The notes under the pieces are model-generated. The model did no database searches, was not told where the DNA came from, and saw only the letters and a program-made list of their open reading frames with translations. From Schmidtea polychroa (lineage: Eukaryota): 63,815 nucleotides of DNA. The position numbers and the translations under genes are program-made. Location of the stretch: positions 23,312,186-23,376,000 of the forward strand of contig CM097885.1 in NCBI GenBank assembly GCA_044892525.1, given 5' to 3'. Shown one piece after another: positions 42,801-51,800 of this stretch (the first letter of the stretch is position 1; each line of letters starts with the position of its first letter).

Positions 42801-45800
42801 CATATTCCTCACCATCAACAACAACTGGATCCACGACCTCTGAAACTACAACGACTCAATCAACATCGACAGGAACTATTACGACTCCTTCATCTACGGC
42901 CACGACCACAACATATTTCTCGCCATCAACAACAACTGGATCCACGACCTCTGAAACTACAACGACTCAATCAACATCGACAGGAACTATTACGACTCCT
43001 TCATCTACGGCCACGACCACAATATCTTCCTCGCCATCAACAACAACTGGATCCACGTCCTCTGGGACTACAACGACTCAATCAACATCGACAGGAACTA
43101 TTACGACTCCTTCATCTACGGCCACGACCACAATATCTTCCTCGCCATCAACAACAACTGGATCCACGACCTCTGAAACTACAACGACTCAATCAACATC
43201 GACAGGAACTATAACGACTCCTTCATCTACGGCCACGACCACAATATATTCATCGCCATCAACAACAACTGGATCCACGACCTCTGAAACTACAACGACT
43301 CAATCAACATCGACAGGAACTATAACGACTCCTTCATCTACGGCCATGACCACAATATATTCCTCGCCATCAACAACAACTGGATCCACATCCTCTGGGA
43401 CTACAACGACTCAATCAACATCGACAGGAACTATTACGACTCCTTCATCTACGGCCACGACCACAATATCTTCCTCGCCATCAACAACAACTGGATCCAC
43501 ATCCTCTGGGACTACAACGACTCAATCAACATCGACAGGAACTGCTACGACTTCATCATCAATTGTCCCTAGTAGTGAATCATCTTCTTCAACAACAACT
43601 ACAACTCAAACTCCCACTGTTACAAGAACTGGCTCAAGTTCACAACCGATATCATCAACTACGACCTCAAGAATAACAGGTAAAATATCGAAATTATAAT
43701 AATTTTCACATTTTAACCATTTCTTTGGATTGGCCTTGTAACTTGGTTTTTTAATCTTTCTTTTTATGTTTGACAATGTTGACGTGTTTCAGGTTGCAAA
43801 GAAAAGTCTGTTTTGATTTCAACTAAAGAGTATGTGAAAGAAATCGTTGTACCGAAAAATGGAACATCAGAAACCAGTTTGATAACCGATATTTGGAATA
43901 TAACTGTAATTAAAACAGAACCGAAATTCGAAATCAAATTCTACAAACCTGTCATCGTTACGAAGATCAAATTTGAAAACATCGTGAATATCCAGACATT
44001 CAAGTAAAATTTGATTATTGAAATCAAAGATCGAAAATGTTAATATAAACTTTAGTGTACTTGTTCTTTATGAGAACGAAAAAGACTTTAAAACATTCGA
44101 AACAGGACTTAATGTGGAATATGTAAAGGAATACGAGGAAATTGAAAGGATTGTTGAGAAAGTGTCAGCTATAAAGATTACATTTAGTTTGACATCTCCG
44201 AAAGAGAAAGTGTCATTAAAAGTAACAATCGAAGGATGCGGAGAACAGGAAACGACTACAGAAAAATCTACAACAATATCTATTTCCAGTCCGACTGTGT
44301 CATTAACTAGAACTGGAACTAAATCGACAGAGACCACACCATATTCTTTGCCATCAACAACAACTGGATCCACGACCTCTGAAACTACAACGACTCATTC
44401 AACATCGACAGGAACTATTACGACTCCTTCATCTACGGCCACGACCACAACATATTCCTCACCATCAACATCAACTGGATCCACGACCTCTAAAACTACA
44501 ACGACTCAATCAACATCGACAGGAACTATTAGGACTCCTTCATCTACGGCCACAACCACAACATATTCCTCACCATCAACATCAACTGGATCCACCACCT
44601 CTAAAACTACAACGACTCAATCAACATCGACAGGAACTATTAGGACTCCTTCATCTACGGCCACGACCACAATATATTCCTCACCATCAACAACAACTGG
44701 ATCCACGACTACTGAAACTACAACGACTCATTCAACATCGACAGGAACTATTACGACTCCTTCATCTACGGCCACGACCACAACATATTCCTCACCATCA
44801 ACAACAACTGGATCCACGACCTCTGAAACTACAACGACTCAATCAACATCGACAGGAACTATTACGACTCCTTCATCTACGGCCACGACCACAACATATT
44901 TCTCGCCATCAACAACAACTGGATCCACGACCTCTGAAACTACAACGACTCAATCAACATCGACAGGAACTATTACGACTCCTTCATCTACGGCCACGAC
45001 CACAACATCTTCCTCGCCATCAACAACAACTGGATCCACGTCCTCTGGGACTACAACGACTCAATCAACATCGACAGGAACTATTGCGACTCCTTCATCT
45101 ACGGCCACGACCACAATATCTTCCTCGCCATCAACAACAACTGGATCCACGACCTCTGAAACTACAACGACTCAATCAACATCGACAGGAACTATAACGA
45201 CTCCTTCATCTACGGCCACGACCACAATATATTCCTCGCCATCAACAACAACTGGATCCACGACCTCTGAAACTACAACGACTCAATCAACATCGACAGG
45301 AACTATTACGACTCCTTCATCTACGGCCACGACCACAATATCTTCCTCGCCATCAACAACAACTGGATCCACATCCTCTGGGACTACAACGACTCAATCA
45401 ACATCGACAGGAACTGCTACGACTCCATCATCAATTGTCCCTAGTAGTGAATCATCTTCTTCAACAACAACTACAATTCAAACTCCCACTGTTACAAGTA
45501 CTGGCTCAAGTTCACAACCGATATCATCAACAACGACCTCAAGAATAACAGGTAAAATATCGAAATTATAATAATTTTCACATTTTAACCATTTCTTTGG
45601 ATTGGCCTTGTAACTTGGTTTTTTAATCTTTCTTTTTATGTTTGACAATGTTGACGTGTTTCAGGTTGCAAAGAAAAGTCTGTTTTGATTTCAACTAAAG
45701 AGTATGTGAAAGAAATCGTTGTACCGAAAAATGGAACATCAGAAACCAGTTTGATAACCGATATTTGGAATATAACTGTAATTAAAACAGAACCGAAATT

Positions 45801-48800
45801 CGAAATCAAATTCTACAAACCTGTCATCGTTACGAAGATCAAATTTGAAAACATCGTGAATATCCAGACATTCAAGTAAAATTTGATTATTGAAATCAAA
45901 GATCGAAAATGTTAATATAAACTTTAGTGTACTTGTTCTTTATGAGAACGAAAAAGACTTTAAAACATTCGAAACAGGACTTAATGTGGAATACGTAAAG
46001 GAATACGAGGAAATTGAAAGGATTGTTGAGAAAGTGTCAGCTATAAAGATTACATTTATTTTGACATCTCCGAAAGAGAAAGTGTCATTAAAAGTAACAA
46101 TCGAAGGATGCGGAGAACAGGAAACGACTACAGAAAAATCTACAACAATATCTATTTCCAGTCCGACTGTGTCATTAACTAGAACTGGAACTAAATCGAC
46201 AGAGACCACACCATATTCTTCGCCATCAACAACAACTGGATCCACAACCTCTGAAATTACAACGACTCAATCAACATCGACAGGAACTGCTACGACTCCA
46301 TCATCAATTGTCCCTAGTAGTGAATCATCTTCTTCAACAACAACTACAACTCAAACTCCCACTCTTACAAGTACTGGCTCAAGTTCACAACCGATATCAT
46401 CAACAACGACCTCAAGAATAACAGGTAAAATATCGAAATTATAATAATTTTCACATTTTAACCATTTCTTTGGATTGGCCTTGTAACTTGGTTTTTTAAT
46501 CTTTCTTTTTATGTTTGACAATGTTGACGTGTTTCAGGTTGCAAAGAAAAGTCTGTTTTGATTTCAACTAAAGAGTATGTGAAAGAAATCGTTGTACCGA
46601 AAAATGGAACATCAGAAACCAGTTTGATAACCGATATTTGGAATATAACTGTAATTAAAACAGAACCGAAATTCGAAATCAAATTCTACAAACCTGTCAT
46701 CGTTACGAAGATCAAATTTGAAAACATCGTGAATATCCAGACATTCAAGTAAAATTTGATTATTGAAATCAAAGATCGAAAATGTTAATATAAACTTTAG
46801 TGTACTTGTTCTTTATGAGAACGAAAAAGACTTTAAAACATTCGAAACAGGACTTAATGTGGAATATGTAAAGGAATACGAGGAAATTGAAAGGATTGTT
46901 GAGAAAGTGTCAGCTATAAAGATTACATTTAGTTTGACATCTCCGAAAGAGAAAGTGTCATTAAAAGTAACAATCGAAGGATGCGGAGAACAGGAAACGA
47001 CTACAGAAAAATCTACAACAATATCTATTTCCAGTCCGACTGTGTCATTAACTAGAACTGGAACTAAATCGACAGAGACCACACCATATTCTTCGCCATC
47101 AACAACAACTGGATCCACGACCTCTGAAACTACAACGACTCATTCAACATCGACAGGAACTATTACGACTCCTTCATCTACGGCCACGACCACAACATAT
47201 TCCTCACCATCAACATCAACTGGATCCACGACCTCTAAAACTACAACGACTCAATCAACATCGACAGGAACTATTAGGACTCCTTCATCTACGGCCACAA
47301 CCACAACATATTCCTCACCATCAACATCAACTGGATCCACCACCTCTAAAACTACAACGACTCAATCAACATCGACAGGAACTATTAGGACTCCTTCATC
47401 TACGGCCACGACCACAATATATTCCTCACCATCAACAACAACTGGATCCACGACTACTGAAACTACAACGACTCATTCAACATCGACAGGAACTATTACG
47501 ACTCCTTCATCTACGGCCACGACCACAACATATTCCTCACCATCAACAACAACTGGATCCACGACCTCTGAAACTACAACGACTCAATCAACATCGACAG
47601 GAACTATTACGACTCCTTCATCTACGGCCACGACCACAACATATTTCTCGCCATCAACAACAACTGGATCCACGACCTCTGAAACTACAACGACTCAATC
47701 AACATCGACAGGAACTATTACGACTCCTTCATCTACGGCCACGACCACAACATCTTCCTCGCCATCAACAACAACTGGATCCACGTCCTCTGGGACTACA
47801 ACGACTCAATCAACATCGACAGGAACTATTGCGACTCCTTCATCTACGGCCACGACCACAATATCTTCCTCGCCATCAACAACAACTGGATCCACGACCT
47901 CTGAAACTACAACGACTCAATCAACATCGACAGGAACTATAACGACTCCTTCATCTACGGCCACGACCACAATATATTCCTCGCCATCAACAACAACTGG
48001 ATCCACGACCTCTGAAACTACAACGACTCAATCAACATCGACAGGAACTATTACGACTCCTTCATCTACGGCCACGACCACAATATCTTCCTCGCCATCA
48101 ACAACAACTGGATCCACATCCTCTGGGACTACAACGACTCAATCAACATCGACAGGAACTGCTACGACTCCATCATCAATTGTCCCTAGTAGTGAATCAT
48201 CTTCTTCAACAACAACTACAATTCAAACTCCCACTGTTACAAGTACTGGCTCAAGTTCACAACCGATATCATCAACAACGACCTCAAGAATAACAGGTAA
48301 AATATCGAAATTATAATAATTTTCACATTTTAACCATTTCTTTGGATTGGCCTTGTAACTTGGTTTTTTAATCTTTCTTTTTATGTTTGACAATGTTGAC
48401 GTGTTTCAGGTTGCAAAGAAAAGTCTGTTTTGATTTCAACTAAAGAGTATGTGAAAGAAATCGTTGTACCGAAAAATGGAACATCAGAAACCAGTTTGAT
48501 AACCGATATTTGGAATATAACTGTAATTAAAACAGAACCGAAATTCGAAATCAAATTCTACAAACCTGTCATCGTTACGAAGATCAAATTTGAAAACATC
48601 GTGAATATCCAGACATTCAAGTAAAATTTGATTATTGAAATCAAAGATCGAAAATGTTAATATAAACTTTAGTGTACTTGTTCTTTATGAGAACGAAAAA
48701 GACTTTAAAACATTCGAAACAGGACTTAATGTGGAATACGTAAAGGAATACGAGGAAATTGAAAGGATTGTTGAGAAAGTGTCAGCTATAAAGATTACAT

Positions 48801-51800
48801 TTATTTTGACATCTCCGAAAGAGAAAGTGTCATTAAAAGTAACAATCGAAGGATGCGGAGAACAGGAAACGACTACAGAAAAATCTACAACAATATCTAT
48901 TTCCAGTCCGACTGTGTCATTAACTAGAACTGGAACTAAATCGACAGAGACCACACCATATTCTTCGCCATCAACAACAACTGGATCCACGACCTCTGAA
49001 ATTACAACGACTCAATCAACATCGACAGGAACTGCTACGACTCCATCATCAATTGTCCCTAGTAGTGAATCATCTTCTTCAACAACAACTACAACTCAAA
49101 CTCCCACTCTTACAAGTACTGGCTCAAGTTCACAACCGATATCATCAACAACGACCTCAAGAATAACAGGTAAAATATCGAAATTATAATAATTTTCACA
49201 TTTTAACCATTTCTTTGGATTGGCCTTGTAACTTGGTTTTTTAATCTTTCTTTTTATGTTTGACAATGTTGACGTGTTTCAGGTTGCAAAGAAAAGTCTG
49301 TTTTGATTTCAACTAAAGAGTATGTGAAAGAAATCGTTGTACCGAAAAATGGAACATCTGAAACCAGTTTGATAACCGATATTTGGAATATAACTGTAAT
49401 TAAAACAGAACCGAAATTCGAAATCAAATTCTACAAACCTGTCATCGTTACGAAGATCAAATTTGAAAACATCGTGAATATCATGACATTCAAGTAAAAT
49501 TTGATTATTTAAATCAAATATCGAACATGATAATATAAACTTTAGTGTACTTGTTCTTTATGAGAACGAAAAAGACTTTAAAACATTCGAAACAGGACTT
49601 AATGTGGAATACGTAAAGGAATACGAGGAAATTGAAAGGATTGTTGAGAAAGTGTCAGCTATAAAGATTACATTTATTTTGACATCTCCGAAAGAGAAAG
49701 TGTCATTGAAAGTAACAATCGAAGGATGCGGGGAAAAGGAGACAACAACAGAAAAATCTACAACCAAAACTATATCCAGTACTACCTCATCTCCAGCAAG
49801 CACTATTTCACAGCGAGTTACTTCTTCTTCAACACCATCTATATTCGGTTATTTTTTCCATTTTAATATCTTTTTTTTTCTTTTTAATTATTTTTCTCTT
49901 TCATGAGCTTTTCTGATTCTTTGTGTTTTTTATTTTTTTTCGTTTTTTTAGCATACACCCTATTCCTTGATTCGAATGGTGGGATTTATATTCATTTTTT
50001 GCGATCTTTTTATTTTTTGAAATTTTCTGATTTACAACTAAATAATTTAATTAAGAGATATTTTATTTATATTTTCACTCCCGCATAACATTTTGAATTA
50101 GGATAATGTCGGTTTTATTTTTCTCGAACTTTCGAGGCTGAATGCCGAAAATAATAAAGGTCTTAATGGAGTAATTGGTTTTCCATTTGGCGATAGGAAA
50201 TAATATTTCTTACTAAGCACCATAATATAAAGAATCTTATGTTTCATCGCTTTTACTTGATAGGCCAGACTACCTGATGAAGAAAGACAAATGTTACGTT
50301 TCCGTAATTTAGATCGCTATATTGATATATGTTTTAAATTAAATAGACATTGTGCTTCTTGTCTCATAATTATTATTCAACAAATCCCTTCTTTAAATGA
50401 AAACATTTTTGATTCCACCTAACAAAACTTATTGAAAAATCAAAATAACAATTTAAATAAATTTTTAACAAATGCAGATTTTCAAAATTTAAAGAATATA
50501 TTTTATTAGATCTTTCAAAATGATAAAATCAATTTTTTACCCTTCTGGGGTTTTTCGCGACCCACACTTTCAGCACCGCTGATATACACGACGATTGTAA
50601 ACTAATTTTTCAGAAATTAAAATAAATAGAAAAGTTACAATCATATTCAGTTTAATTTCATTCAAAAACATTTCAATTCAGATTTTTAGTTTTATCATTT
50701 GTTATGTTGACTATGAAAATATTTTCCATCGCTCTGGTCAATTTCATGCATTCAATATATGATTTTAGATTTGTCATTTCTCTCCGATATTATTTACACT
50801 TGTCGATTAGCTCTTGATTTTTGGTTTGACAAGATTTAGATTTTTATTCATTCATCTTTTATCTTTATTCATTTATCTTTTCATTTTATTTACTCTTTTT
50901 CCCCTTTAATATTTTGTTCTTCCTTTATTCTCAGTTTTTTATTTCACTATTTTTATTTAATTTCGTTAATTTAAATTTGATTTATTAAGTTTCTTCTATT
51001 TTTATTCTTTTATTTAGGTTGTCTGGAAGTCCTTAGATTATCTACTTTTGATTATGTGGAAAAGACTTTTACATCAAGTATGATAGATTTTGATATTCCT
51101 ATTTTGGGTCAATGGGAATCCTGGAAAAACGATTCTAATCCATTCATCAAAATTATCTTCAAACGCAATTTATTTATTACTCAAATTCAACTCGATAAAA
51201 CAAATAATATTCGGAAATATTCGTAATCATTATGCCATTTTAATGAAATGTAATATTATTTAATTTAGTCTTTTCGTTCAATATGGGGGAAACAGTTCTT
51301 GGTATTCCATAGCGGAAAGCAACCTGTTAAATCCTGATTCTCCGGGCACTGTTAATATCAGTTTATTGGTATCAGCTGTGAAAATTGAAATTGTAAAAGA
51401 AAATATTGATGAATCCGTCAGAGCTTTTCTGTTAATATTCGGTTGTGAGAAGCAAGTAATTTCTACGGAATCCACTCCTATATCAAGGATAACAGAACAC
51501 ACCGAGTCAACACCATTAAATGTAACCACTGTATCGGAACAACATACAACTATTGAAACTACTTTAACCACAACTCTACCGATTAAGAAAGAAAACTGCT
51601 CATTTGTTTTGGAATCAAAATCGAGAATCAAACATGGAAATTGTATTTCCATCGAAGAAATCGAAACCGGTTATTGTTTTGGAGGATGTGCAAGTCGAAG
51701 TTCGATTGACCATTTAACTGGTTCTGTGGATAGCAAATGTTTATGTTGTCAGCCGTCTAAAATTAAGAAAAGCTTAAGATTTACCTGTGGTTAGTTTCTT

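Larger units (their letters stand above)
40231..49760 (+). repeat. Tandem array 2: seven discoidin-PTS modules starting at 40259, 41798, 43793, 45665, 46538, 48410, 49283
   Basis: Periods 1539, 1995, 1872, 873, 1872, 873 bp, equal to 873 or 885 plus n x 111. Same exons and introns as array 1. Confidence 0.97.

Noticed and set aside
17338-48130. 111-bp repeats as a CRISPR array or non-coding satellite
   Set aside because: No unique spacers, open reading frame throughout, eukaryotic context.
50535-50582. Lone hAT-like end (cgcgacccacactttcagcaccgctg); also a possible end at about 62337 (catgggcgccggtagg)
   Set aside because: No partner TIR or TSD found.
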